Positions 47,393 through 57,028 are shown, counted from the stretch's first letter. The stretch is DNA of 64,000 nt from Omnitrophica bacterium GWA2_41_15 (GCA_919902675.1 CAKKRH010000006.1:42810-106809); one strand, 5' to 3'. The notes: generated from the sequence alone by a model not told the origin. Program-made: numbers and translations.

Positions 47393-47812
47393 TTATAACC
47401 GGTTTTCCTTCTCCTCGATTATCCGCTTAATCATCTCCTGATGATAAGATTCTCTTATCTTGCTCAGGCCTTCCTGGCCCAGCTCTTTAATTATCGCCTT
47501 TTCTATGGCAATAAGCTTGACATCCAGAAAGATAAACTCCGGGTCAATCTTTTTACCCTTGTATTTCAGCTTCAGGCAGGCCTTTTCCTTCTCGGAGATA
47601 TATAACCTAAAATCATTAACTAATTTTTCTAAAGATTTTTTCTCCTGGGGCATATAAGAGCCTTTGAGCTCTTTTTCCATTTCCCTTAATACAAACCCAT
47701 CAATATCTATCTGGGTAAACTTGCGTTCATAACGATCAAAGGCCTCTTTGGTTATCTTATAGAGCCAAGTCAGATACCGGATTCTAAGATTCTTCTCGTC
47801 TTTTTTGTCCAT
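47393..47812 (-). CDS. Hypothetical charged/coiled protein
   Basis: 139 aa with no recognised domain. Confidence 0.4.
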   Translation of the reverse strand: MDKKDEKNLRIRYLTWLYKITKEAFDRYERKFTQIDIDGFVLREMEKELKGSYMPQEKKSLEKLVNDFRLYISEKEKACLKLKYKGKKIDPEFIFLDVKLIAIEKAIIKELGQEGLSKIRESYHQEMIKRIIEEKENRL

Positions 47813-47829
47813 TATTTCCTCTCTCTATC

Positions 47830-47912
47830 CGCTGAACAACGCGGAACTTTACGCAGAACCACGCAATATAAGTTGTGCGTAGTTCAGCGTATAATTCCGC
47901 ATAAGTTCCGCG
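47830..47912. repeat. REP-like palindromic element, copy 2
   Basis: Sequence gctgaacaacgcggaactttacgcagaaccacgca...tgtgcgtagttcagcgt...ttccgcataagttccgcg. Confidence 0.8.
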
Positions 47913-48686
47913 CTATTTCCCGGGATGTTCCTGCTTAAACGGTATCACCGGAGCTGTCCAGGGGGTCTGCTGATTGATCACCGCGATCTCTAAAGGACAG
48001 ACATTAGCCGGCACCGTAAGGGCAAACTTAAGCGCGTTCTCAATGGCCTCGGTAGTCATCAGCCGCGAGATGTCAGCGGTTACCTCTTTAAGCTTTCCGG
48101 TTAAATCAGTATCGGTTACTCCCGGTAAGATCGAAGTTACCTTTATCCCATGGTCGCGCATCTCCCAAAACAACCCCTTGCAAAAAGCCTTAAGCCCTAC
48201 CTTTAGCGAGCTATAAACAATAAAACTTCTGGGCACCGGGTCGCAAAGGGTAGAGCCAGAAACCATATTGATAATCGCTCCGGACTTATTCTTAATCATA
48301 TCATTTATCACTAAGCGGATTAAGCGCACATACCCCAGATAATTAGTATGCACTAAGCTCTCAAAGTCCTCAAATGGCTGTTTCTCAAAAGGGTATTGGC
48401 TGGAGACCCCGGCGTTATTGATCAAGATATCAATCTTACCGAACCTCTCCTTGGCCTTATTGACCAGATTTTCCAAATCGCTTAACTTAGTTACATCGCA
48501 GGCTACCGGTAAGACTTCTACCTTATATTTTTTACGGATTTCCTCCGCGGTCTCCTTCAGCGGCCCTTCAGTGCGCGCGGCTATGGTCAAGTTAATCCCT
48601 AGACTTGCCGCGGTAGAAGCCAAGGCCTTACCAATCCCCCGGCTGGCCCCGGTAACAATCGCGGTCTTTCCTTTTAAGTCAGACAT
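47913..48686 (-). CDS. Short-chain dehydrogenase/reductase (ketoreductase-type)
   Basis: Contains TGASRGIG, NNAG and YSSLK. Confidence 0.85.
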   Translation of the reverse strand: MSDLKGKTAIVTGASRGIGKALASTAASLGINLTIAARTEGPLKETAEEIRKKYKVEVLPVACDVTKLSDLENLVNKAKERFGKIDILINNAGVSSQYPFEKQPFEDFESLVHTNYLGYVRLIRLVINDMIKNKSGAIINMVSGSTLCDPVPRSFIVYSSLKVGLKAFCKGLFWEMRDHGIKVTSILPGVTDTDLTGKLKEVTADISRLMTTEAIENALKFALTVPANVCPLEIAVINQQTPWTAPVIPFKQEHPGK

Positions 48687-48704
48687 CTTAAACCTCCTGA
48701 TATT

Positions 48705-49841
48705 TTAAGTAACTTTTAGAATCTTTCTTGACGCTATCGCCAAAATTAAAACAATTATCCCTAAACCCAAAAAAGTTAGGCTAAAGCTTCTTTGCATAAA
48801 AACCCCGGCCAGGCCCACTCCTAACCCCCCACTGGCAAAACGCACCGCACTGTTTAAACTAGCCAATTCCGGCCGCAGTTTATCCGGAAAATCTGTCAAC
48901 ACCGTGGAAACCGCGTTATGGTTCATAGTCCAACTGATTCCAAAAACTAAAAGCAAAAATGCCAGATAATAAAATGAAAAAGGTTTTATCAGCAGGAATG
49001 TTATCAGGGAAAGCCCGCATAGCCCTAAAGTAGCGGCAAAACCCCTGCCCATTTTATCCGTGACCCAGCCGCCAAAAGGCTGGCCGAATATCCCGCTAAA
49101 ACCCACCAAACTTAAAAGCAGGCTTACCTCTAACTGCTTAAAGTTTAAAGAAGAAAAATACACCCCTAACCAATTATAGATGCCGTGATAAACTAAACTT
49201 AAAACAAGGATATAGGCGAATATGCGCGATATCCGGGTATCCTTTAGCACATGCAGATAATTTACATCAAAATCATAGCTTGATTTTGACTTAAAATCAA
49301 ACAACAAGATAACCAAAATCAGGTTTATTGCCGCGAATACAGCCGGCAAGATAAAAAGCTGCCTCCAGGGCAAGATCCCGCTCAAGAATACCCCTAAAAA
49401 AGAAGCAATAAAAGTAGCGCTGAAAAACGCCCCCACCATCCGGCCGCGGGTTTCCTTGGGGGCAAGCTCACCGATTAAGATCAGGGCGATAGGAGTAGTA
49501 GCGCTGGCGGCAATCCCGGCCAAGGCCCGGCTAAGAAAAAGCTGCCCTATGGAATTGCTTAATCCCCCAATCAGGCTGGCCAAGGCAAAAATAAACAGGC
49601 TCACCGCCTTAATCGCCTTGACCGGATACCTTTTGACCAGCGGGGCATAGACCAGCGCGGCTATGCCGTACGGGATCATATAAAAAGGAATAATCCTGGC
49701 CGCCTCAAAGCTGTTTTTCCCTAAATCCTTGGCAATCGCCGGAATAACCGCGGTCATAGCCGCCGTATTCAATGAAACTACCGCCCCCTCCAGCCATAAA
49801 AGAGCAAAGAATATCTTGTTACTTTTTAGCTTCTCTCTCAA
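48705..49841 (-). CDS. MFS transporter (putative exporter of the cluster)
   Basis: 378 aa with about 12 hydrophobic segments. Confidence 0.7.
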   Translation of the reverse strand: MREKLKSNKIFFALLWLEGAVVSLNTAAMTAVIPAIAKDLGKNSFEAARIIPFYMIPYGIAALVYAPLVKRYPVKAIKAVSLFIFALASLIGGLSNSIGQLFLSRALAGIAASATTPIALILIGELAPKETRGRMVGAFFSATFIASFLGVFLSGILPWRQLFILPAVFAAINLILVILLFDFKSKSSYDFDVNYLHVLKDTRISRIFAYILVLSLVYHGIYNWLGVYFSSLNFKQLEVSLLLSLVGFSGIFGQPFGGWVTDKMGRGFAATLGLCGLSLITFLLIKPFSFYYLAFLLLVFGISWTMNHNAVSTVLTDFPDKLRPELASLNSAVRFASGGLGVGLAGVFMQRSFSLTFLGLGIIVLILAIASRKILKVT

Positions 49842-50301
49842 TTACTTCCTTGAATATCTTCAGATTATCTTTAGAATGCTTATTAATAAAACCTTCTACC
49901 TGTTGATCATTAAACTTGGCCTTTTCATCCATCTCAAAATGCTGAATCCAGGTCATTTCCACAGGCCAGCAGGCCGTGGTTTGGCTTCCATTAGCCAAAG
50001 CCACACCTTCGGGCTTTAAAGTATAGAGCCAAACAATCTTCATATATTTAAAGGGAAACTTCGGCTCTTCTCTCTCTGAATAAGTAAAATATTTTTCTTT
50101 AAAAAGCAATCGCCATGATTGCCACGACTTCCCTTCGTCATCGGTCAAACGAAAAGTGATTTTATTGCCTTCTTTTTTAACTATCTCGGCCTTTTTGTAT
50201 TCTCCCCCAAATAATTCCGTCCAGCGCGGGATGTCATTAGAAATATCAAAAATCCTCTCATACGGCGCGTTGATTATAATTGAGTTACAGGTGTGTCCCA
50301 T
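49819..50301 (-). CDS. SRPBCC / polyketide cyclase-aromatase-like protein
   Basis: 160 aa. SIIINAPYERIFDISNDIPRWTELF is typical of Polyketide_cyc2/SRPBCC N-termini. Confidence 0.65.
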   Translation of the reverse strand: MGHTCNSIIINAPYERIFDISNDIPRWTELFGGEYKKAEIVKKEGNKITFRLTDDEGKSWQSWRLLFKEKYFTYSEREEPKFPFKYMKIVWLYTLKPEGVALANGSQTTACWPVEMTWIQHFEMDEKAKFNDQQVEGFINKHSKDNLKIFKEVIEREAKK

Positions 50302-50309
50302 TGGTCCTC

Positions 50310-50633
50310 CTATCCTTTTCCCGACAAGCTCAACAAAATCGCCAAGTCCTCATCCGCATTTAAGGAATGGGGCGCGTTTTTAGGCATAAATATAAATACC
50401 CCGGGCTTCATCTTTATTTTCTTTCTTCTTAAGACAAATGTGCCCTTACCCTTTAAAACCGTAACCGCGGCCTCACGGGTTGAGGTATGCTCGGACATAT
50501 CCGTTCCTTTTGCCAGGCAGAGAAGCGTATGATTGGAAATATTAGTCTTGACCAGAACCTTACTAAAAATCCCCTCTTTAGGAAACTCCATCATTTTTTC
50601 TAAATCTTGAATGACTGATTTTACCATATTCAC
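50310..50633 (-). CDS. Cupin domain protein
   Basis: 107 aa. H-containing cupin motifs (SEHTSTREAAVTVLKG, PKNAPHSL). Confidence 0.7.
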   Translation of the reverse strand: MNMVKSVIQDLEKMMEFPKEGIFSKVLVKTNISNHTLLCLAKGTDMSEHTSTREAAVTVLKGKGTFVLRRKKIKMKPGVFIFMPKNAPHSLNADEDLAILLSLSGKG

Positions 50634-50643
50634 CCCTTAAAGA

Positions 50644-51441
50644 TTATTTTTCCAGTATCGCTGTTACCCTTGCCCAGGCCGCACCTGTACCTTTAATCTT
50701 AATCGGAAAACAGATTACTTTAAAGCCTGTATCGGGAATATTTTCTAGATGAGCCAGCCTTTCAATATGGATAAACTCGCGTTTCCTGCCGTAAAAATGC
50801 GACGGATATAGAGGCTTCTTCTCTTCCAGAAACTCCTTAAGCATAGATTTATACGGCTGGTCAATGCCCATTGTGTCCACACCGAAGATTTTGATGCCTC
50901 TATCTAAAAGATAATCTATGGCCGAGACATCTATCCCGGGATATTCCGAGAAATATTGGGGAGTGCCGTAAAACTTATCCGCTCCAGTATGTAAAAGCAC
51001 AATGTCCCGCGGCTTCAAGGTATATTGAATTTTCTTAAGGGCTTCTTCTAAATCTTTCGCCGTGATAACCTCATTTGGCTTTTTGTGGGTAAGCGTAAGC
51101 TTAACACCGTCACAGTAACACCATTCTAAGGGAATTTCTTCGGCGGTCTTGGACGGCCTGCCCTCTGATTTTGAGCCGTAATGAAAAGAGTAATCTAAAT
51201 GCGTGCCGATATGCACCGGGGAATGCACCACCTCTAAAGATAAAAACTCCTCATCCGGGAGATCTTCCTTCTTGAGGATGCGCTTACCCAAAAGGTATTG
51301 AAGCTTACCTTTGAGGGTTTTTCCCATAATCACCCGGTTGAATTTCTTAACCCCGTCTTTATGAGAAACCCGCTCAATCTCCACATGGTGGACCTCAAAG
51401 GCCTTCTCGTCTATCGGCAGGCTTAGGTCAATTATTTGCAT
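50644..51441 (-). CDS. Cyclase family protein (PF04199, kynurenine formamidase-like)
   Basis: Contains HIGTHLDYSFH and the layout DIVLLHTG...GIKIFGVDTMGID. Confidence 0.7.
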   Translation of the reverse strand: MQIIDLSLPIDEKAFEVHHVEIERVSHKDGVKKFNRVIMGKTLKGKLQYLLGKRILKKEDLPDEEFLSLEVVHSPVHIGTHLDYSFHYGSKSEGRPSKTAEEIPLEWCYCDGVKLTLTHKKPNEVITAKDLEEALKKIQYTLKPRDIVLLHTGADKFYGTPQYFSEYPGIDVSAIDYLLDRGIKIFGVDTMGIDQPYKSMLKEFLEEKKPLYPSHFYGRKREFIHIERLAHLENIPDTGFKVICFPIKIKGTGAAWARVTAILEK

Positions 51442-51528
51442 GATAAATTCTGATTGCTGCTTTCAGCTATCGGCTTTCAGCTTTCTGCTGAACGCTGACG
51501 GCTGAATGCTGAAAGCTTTTTTAGCTTG

Positions 51529-51777
51529 TTATTTTAATACTGTCTGGGATAACTTTGACTGAATCGTCTTTTCAATATCATTCACCGAGCAGAACTTAGT
51601 GATTTCCTTAGCGGTTAATTTTACCCCAAAGGCCTTTTCCAGGGCAATCACCAACTCTACCAACTCCGTAGAATCCGCTCCGATGCCATCGCAGAGCTTC
51701 TCGTTATCCTTTAGCTCCTGCGGCTTTAATTTCAAAAGATTTATTATCGTTTCCCTTATTTTATCCTTTACTTCCAT
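51529..51777 (-). CDS. Acyl carrier protein
   Basis: 82 aa. The phosphopantetheine Ser context is GADSTELVELV. Confidence 0.85.
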   Translation of the reverse strand: MEVKDKIRETIINLLKLKPQELKDNEKLCDGIGADSTELVELVIALEKAFGVKLTAKEITKFCSVNDIEKTIQSKLSQTVLK

Positions 51778-51854
51778 CTTCCCCCCCCTCCCCTAACTCC
51801 CTAAACTCCTAAACCCTTAAACTCCCCAAACCTCCAACCTCTAACTTCCAACTT

Positions 51855-53315
51855 CTATATATGGTGTTCCCCCTTAGTCGCCCCGGCCTCCCATTTTCCC
51901 ACCCCGGCCATTACATCCTGAAAGCAGAGCTTGGCCAGGATATCAAAATTGCTTTCCATAATCCGGTTGATCCTCCCGGGCTTGGAAAAAAACTCCCGCA
52001 TACACCAGGAGCCCAGTCTGCCTAAATCTTCAAGGGAGAGATGATCCGTGGGCATCACCGGATGCAGAAAATCCCAGGTCCTAAAATCTATCTTCGCGGG
52101 ATTAATCCAATTCTTCTTCATACCGATGCGCCACATCGGAGAATTGGGAGCCGGAGTAACATAACCGACCCAGAGGATATCCGGGTCTACCTCGTCGGTA
52201 AACTCATACCTTTGTTTAATGATCTTTTCATCGTCATAATCAAAACCCATCATAATATCCGCGACCACGGCAATGTCATTGCGCCGTAAGATATCAATGG
52301 TCTTTTTAATCTGGTCAATGGTAATGCCTTTGGCAATCTTCTTTAATTCCTCCGGAGTGGTAACCTCAATGCCGAAGACCCCGGTAAAAAGCCCGGCTTT
52401 TTTCATTAAAGGAAGGATTGATTCGCAATTCACCCAATCCACCGCCCTGCCTAAAGAAACCCATTTGATAGGAATATTTCTTTCTAATTTCAGCTCACAA
52501 AATTCCTTGACCCTTTCCGGATTGACATTAAAATTATCATCCTGCAGGACAACTACTTTAACCCCGTATTGCTTATGCAACATCTCCAATTCTTCAATAA
52601 CCCTTTTGGGGCTTTTGGCCCGCCATTTAAGAAAATCACTCGGAGAACGCGGGTCATACTGATCCCACTCGTAACAAAAGGTGCAGGCCGATGGACACCC
52701 GCGGGATGAGACCATATCCACAAACGGCTTCCAATGGGTATGCCCCACATATTTATCCATCGGGAATAAATCATAAGCCGGTAAAGGCAGGGCATCCAAA
52801 TCCTGCTGTAAGGCTTTATACGGGCCCATCACAATTTCGCCGTTTATCCGGGAAGTAACCCCGCCGATATTTTTTAAATCTTTCTTTTTATCTATCGCCT
52901 CTAATAAATCGCAAAAACATTCTTCCTCACCCATTACCACAAAATCCACGGCCGGATTATCTTTTAAGGTCTCAGTCGGCATTGCCGAATACCAGAGGCC
53001 GCCGAAGATTATTTTCACCTTGGGCAAGGCCTGCCGTATTTTCTTGGCTGCCTCGTTAAAATACCAGACTACCGCGTATCCGCCGTAAGAATGAAGCTGT
53101 TCGCCTAAAACCACTATATCGGGATTCTTCTCTTTCACCTGGGCGGTCATTTCATCCATAGATAATTCAAAAGCCTTACAATCCAGGACCGCGACATCCT
53201 TATATCCTTTTTCCCTCACATAGGCCGCCCAGTGGGTATATAACTGATTCGGTGCCACATGCTTTCCATGGGTAGCCCAGGCCCCGACTTTAGGCATCAC
53301 AAATAGAATCTTCAT
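51855..53315 (-). CDS. B12-binding-domain radical SAM enzyme (class B)
   Basis: N-terminal B12-like Rossmann region, then the CxxxCxxC motif in SSRGCPSACTFCYEW. Confidence 0.85.
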   Translation of the reverse strand: MKILFVMPKVGAWATHGKHVAPNQLYTHWAAYVREKGYKDVAVLDCKAFELSMDEMTAQVKEKNPDIVVLGEQLHSYGGYAVVWYFNEAAKKIRQALPKVKIIFGGLWYSAMPTETLKDNPAVDFVVMGEEECFCDLLEAIDKKKDLKNIGGVTSRINGEIVMGPYKALQQDLDALPLPAYDLFPMDKYVGHTHWKPFVDMVSSRGCPSACTFCYEWDQYDPRSPSDFLKWRAKSPKRVIEELEMLHKQYGVKVVVLQDDNFNVNPERVKEFCELKLERNIPIKWVSLGRAVDWVNCESILPLMKKAGLFTGVFGIEVTTPEELKKIAKGITIDQIKKTIDILRRNDIAVVADIMMGFDYDDEKIIKQRYEFTDEVDPDILWVGYVTPAPNSPMWRIGMKKNWINPAKIDFRTWDFLHPVMPTDHLSLEDLGRLGSWCMREFFSKPGRINRIMESNFDILAKLCFQDVMAGVGKWEAGATKGEHHI

Positions 53316-53380
53316 AAATTCCTCCTTTTTAATTTAAAACTTAAAAGTTAAAAATCAAAACTACAATCTAAAACTTAAAA

Positions 53381-53755
53381 CTATTTATTCTTTAAAGTTA
53401 ATATGCTTTTTGCCAATATTTTTGAAATCTCAGTAACTTCTTTTATAAGATTGTCTGCTTCTTGAAAGTTAGCTTTACCTGTATCGCGCAATAAATCTAA
53501 CCAATACTTAGTTTCATTGCTGGACTTCAAGGAATAGCTAAAGAAATTTATAAAATCTTTTCGTGTATTACAGGATTTGGCTTCTACTATATTAGCACCT
53601 ATGCTGGTAGCGCTGCGTAGAAGCTGATTAGAAATTATTTGGACGGAATTATCTTTAGAAAGCTTATCAATAAAATTTATAATCTGAATAGAATAGTTAT
53701 ATGTTCTTTTCTTTATGTCATAATTATCTTTGGATTTTGAATTGCAATTTTGCAT
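53381..53755 (-). CDS. Four-helix-bundle protein of the 23S rRNA intervening-sequence type
   Basis: 124 aa. SNQLLRSATSIGANIVEA...ETKYWLDLL is characteristic. The gene is flanked by inverted ctaaaac-rich arms (53326-53382 and 53756-53780). Confidence 0.8.
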   Translation of the reverse strand: MQNCNSKSKDNYDIKKRTYNYSIQIINFIDKLSKDNSVQIISNQLLRSATSIGANIVEAKSCNTRKDFINFFSYSLKSSNETKYWLDLLRDTGKANFQEADNLIKEVTEISKILAKSILTLKNK

Positions 53756-53770
53756 TTTGAATTTTAGGTT

Positions 53771-55000
53771 TTAGGTTTTTTCTATCACCAGCGCCGAATT
53801 AATCCCGCCCCTGCCCCGGGAAATCACCAATGCCTTATTAATTTTATACTCTTTGGCTTCTTTTTTGATGTAGTTTAAGCCGTTATTTGCCGGCTCATCT
53901 AAGTTTATGGTCGGAGGAATTAAATTGTGCTCCATACCAAGGATGGTGGTGATCATATCCACGGCCCCGGAGGCGCCCAACAAATTACCGAACATTGACT
54001 TAGGACAGCTTGCCGGAATAGTTTTTGCCTTATCGCCAAAAACCTGCTTTATGGCGCTCACCTCGCCTGAATCCCAATCGTCACAGGCCAAGCCGTCTAA
54101 ACTGATATAATCTATTTTTTCCGGTAAAACTTGGGCATCGTCCAAGGCCATTTGGATTGCCCGGGCTAATTCTTTACCGTCAGTTGCCGGATTAATCCTG
54201 TCTCTTGCGTCACAGGTTGTGCCGTAGCCGGAAATTACTGCCTGAATATTGGCATTGCGGGCTTTGGCGCGTTCAATATTTTCCAATGTTACAATTCCAG
54301 CGCCTTCGCCAATCACAAAACCATCGCGCTTTTTGTCAAACGGCCGATAGGCGCTTTGCGGGTTATCATTGTTTTTTGATAAACAACCATAGGTATTACA
54401 GCATAAAAGCGCGTAAGGGGTAACCGGGGCTTCCATTCCTCCGGCCAGAATCAAATTTAACTTATCTTTACCCAGGGTCTTACCGGCATATCCTAAAGCC
54501 ATCAAAGAGCTGGCCCGGTCGCTGACCACGGTTTTACTAAAACCCTTAATCCCGTAATAAATGGAAACCTGCCCCTGGGGCGCGGCAGGAAACCAGGCGC
54601 TGGCCATATATGGCGAGACTCCTTCACGGCCCTCCCGGTATAGGTCGCGCAGCTCAGTTTCGGCATAGAGCCAGCCGCCAATGGCATTGCCTAAAAAAAT
54701 CCCTACCAAATTGGGATCCTCTTTCTGGATGTCAAGCCCCGCGTCCTGAAGCGCCATTTCTGAGGCAATCAATGCCATATGCGAAAAGGCATCCATTTTT
54801 TTAAGCAGGCGCTCTGAAACATGGGTATAGGCATCCAAATCATCAATCTGCCCGGCAATATGCGATGGATAAGCTTGAGCGTCAAAACGGGTAATTTTTT
54901 TGACAAAACTTCTTCCTGCCTTGATATTTGCCCAAAACTGGCGCTTGCCGATACCGCTGGGGGCAACTATTCCTATTCCTGTAACCGCTATCTTACGCAT
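53771..55000 (-). CDS. Ketosynthase-fold partner subunit lacking the catalytic triad (KS-beta/CLF-like)
   Basis: Thiolase-fold KS homolog. In an ungapped alignment with the adjacent KS, Cys becomes Arg (VVSDRASSL), His becomes Asp (CDARDRINP) and His becomes Asp (ISLDGLAC). Confidence 0.8.
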   Translation of the reverse strand: MRKIAVTGIGIVAPSGIGKRQFWANIKAGRSFVKKITRFDAQAYPSHIAGQIDDLDAYTHVSERLLKKMDAFSHMALIASEMALQDAGLDIQKEDPNLVGIFLGNAIGGWLYAETELRDLYREGREGVSPYMASAWFPAAPQGQVSIYYGIKGFSKTVVSDRASSLMALGYAGKTLGKDKLNLILAGGMEAPVTPYALLCCNTYGCLSKNNDNPQSAYRPFDKKRDGFVIGEGAGIVTLENIERAKARNANIQAVISGYGTTCDARDRINPATDGKELARAIQMALDDAQVLPEKIDYISLDGLACDDWDSGEVSAIKQVFGDKAKTIPASCPKSMFGNLLGASGAVDMITTILGMEHNLIPPTINLDEPANNGLNYIKKEAKEYKINKALVISRGRGGINSALVIEKT

Positions 55001-55105
55001 CTTTCCTCACTTCGTTCGTAAAGCGCGAAACTACGCAGAACCATACGCAGAACTACGCTCAACGTGTTGTGCGTGGTTTTGCGTTACGTTCCGCGTGGTT
55101 CAGCG
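55001..55105. repeat. REP-like palindromic element, copy 3
   Basis: Sequence ...gcgcgaaactacgcagaaccatacgcagaactacgc...gtgcgtggttttgcgttacgttccgcgtggttcagcgc. It shares a ctttcctcacttcgttcg extension with copy 4. Confidence 0.8.
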
Positions 55106-56365
55106 CTACTTATACCTTCTCATCACCAATGACGAATGTATCCCAGAGAAACCGCTTGAGGTCTTGATAATCGCGTTCACCTTCTTCTCTCTGGCCTGAT
55201 TAGGAATGTAATCCAAATCACATAAGGGGTCTTTTTCTTCCTGATTTATCGTAGGAGGCAAAATGTTTTTCTGAAATATCATCGCGCAGACACTCAGCTC
55301 AACCGCGTTGGCCGCCGCCAGTGGATGGCCAATCATTGACTTAAGCGAACTCATCGGCAGTTTATAGGCGTAATCCCCGAAAACCATCTTGTAGGCGCTG
55401 GTTTCAAAGATATCGTTCATCCGGGTGGATGAGCCGTGGGCGCTGATATAATCTATCTCCCGCGGTTTTATCGCGGCATCCTTAAGGGCCAAATTTATAC
55501 AACTTGCCATTGCCGTGCCGTCCGCCGGAAGGTCAGTCATATGAAAGGCGTTACAACTTGTGCCAAAGCCGATAACCTCACAGTAAATATGGGCATTTCG
55601 TTTAAGGGCGTGATTTAATTCCTCTAAAATTAAAATCCCCGCGCCTTCTGAAAGGACAAACCCATCGCGTTTTTTGTCAAATGGCCGCGATGCTTTCTCC
55701 GGAAAATCATTACGCGCCGAGAGAACATTAACCACATCAAAAGCGCCAAAGGTAATCGGCGTAAGTGGTGCTTCGGCAGCTCCGGCAATCATAATATCCG
55801 CCTCGCCGTCCTGAATTGTCTCTAAGCAAAAACCTAAAGAATCCGTCCCCGCGGTGCATCCGGTTGAGATGGTATTACAAAGCCCATTTAATCCGTATCT
55901 GGCGGAAAGCTCAATAGAGGGGGTATTAAACATCGCGGCATCATACAGGTCAGGCCGGACGAGTTTTGGATTTATGGGATTCTTTCCGTTATCCGTCACT
56001 AAAGAAAACTCTTCCTCCATATACTTTGTTCCGCAAATGGCATTGGCAAGCGACACCCCGATTCTTTCAGGATCTTCCCGGCTAAAATCCATTCCGCTAT
56101 CCTTAATTGCCATATCCCCTGCCACCACCCCAAACTGCACATACCTATCCATACGCACCGCTTCATCATGGGTAAGCCCAAGCTTGAACGGGTCAAAATC
56201 CCTTACCTCAGCGGCAATCCGGGTATTAAACACCGAAACATCAAAACTATCCACCAGCCTCACCGCGGATTTTCCCTTAATCATCGCCTCATAGACATTG
56301 TCCTTGCCAATGCCGTTAGGCGAAATCACCCCGATACCTGTTATCACTACGCGTCTTTTTCGCAT
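55106..56365 (-). CDS. Beta-ketoacyl synthase (KS-alpha/FabF-like) with an intact Cys-His-His triad
   Basis: Active-site sequences ISTGCTAGTDS (Cys), CNAFHMTDL (His) and ISAHGSSTRMND (His), plus KSMIGHPLAAA. Confidence 0.9.
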   Translation of the reverse strand: MRKRRVVITGIGVISPNGIGKDNVYEAMIKGKSAVRLVDSFDVSVFNTRIAAEVRDFDPFKLGLTHDEAVRMDRYVQFGVVAGDMAIKDSGMDFSREDPERIGVSLANAICGTKYMEEEFSLVTDNGKNPINPKLVRPDLYDAAMFNTPSIELSARYGLNGLCNTISTGCTAGTDSLGFCLETIQDGEADIMIAGAAEAPLTPITFGAFDVVNVLSARNDFPEKASRPFDKKRDGFVLSEGAGILILEELNHALKRNAHIYCEVIGFGTSCNAFHMTDLPADGTAMASCINLALKDAAIKPREIDYISAHGSSTRMNDIFETSAYKMVFGDYAYKLPMSSLKSMIGHPLAAANAVELSVCAMIFQKNILPPTINQEEKDPLCDLDYIPNQAREKKVNAIIKTSSGFSGIHSSLVMRRYK

Positions 56366-56380
56366 AATTTATTTTTTCTC

Positions 56381-57019
56381 CTAACAACCGCAGGGAGGTG
56401 GGATTTTATTTTCAGAAAGCGCCTCCTTATTTTCCGCTTCACCCGCGCGCGTCAACTTAAATACGATATGGCCTCCGTCCGGGCAGGTTACCGTATCTAT
56501 AGAATTTGGATCCTTCATAAAGAAAAATTTAGCTCCGAAATTAAGGGCGAATACCGCCGGAAACATCGTATGAAATGCCGCCCCGCAAAAATTAGGAATA
56601 GTCTCTAAGCCTTTGGTTTCCCATTTCTGGCCTAAGACATACTTATAGGCGCAATGGCCTTCAGACTTAACCACTTCGACCAGCATCTTTTTGGGTTTGG
56701 GGCCTTTCCAATTTTGGTCTTTAGGGACAAACTCAACCTTGCCCTCCTTATCCAAAACCTCAGCCTTAAATTCCAGCTTGCCTCCGTCAGGGCAGGTGGT
56801 GAGCAACGAACGCTGGTTTTCCATAAAAGGAAACCGTGCCCCAAAACTTAAGGCGTAGATTACAGGAAAAAGCACCTGGGCTAACCCTAAACAAAAATGC
56901 TCCGGGGGGTGAGTAAAATCTTCTAAGATTAATACATCCCCCAGTTTATAGTTGTGATAACAATGCCCTCCAACCTTATTAACCGTAAGTTTTAATTTTG
57001 GAAACGGCGTCTCGACCAT
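56381..57019 (-). CDS. Tandem fusion of two TIGR04076-like domains
   Basis: The two halves share GGHCYHNYKLGD...FCLGLAQVLFPVIYALSFGARFPF...TTCPDGG and EGHCAYKYVLGQ...FCGAAFHTMFPAVFALNFGAKFFF...VTCPDGG. Confidence 0.7.
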   Translation of the reverse strand: MVETPFPKLKLTVNKVGGHCYHNYKLGDVLILEDFTHPPEHFCLGLAQVLFPVIYALSFGARFPFMENQRSLLTTCPDGGKLEFKAEVLDKEGKVEFVPKDQNWKGPKPKKMLVEVVKSEGHCAYKYVLGQKWETKGLETIPNFCGAAFHTMFPAVFALNFGAKFFFMKDPNSIDTVTCPDGGHIVFKLTRAGEAENKEALSENKIPPPCGC

Positions 57020-57028
57020 AAGCTTCTC

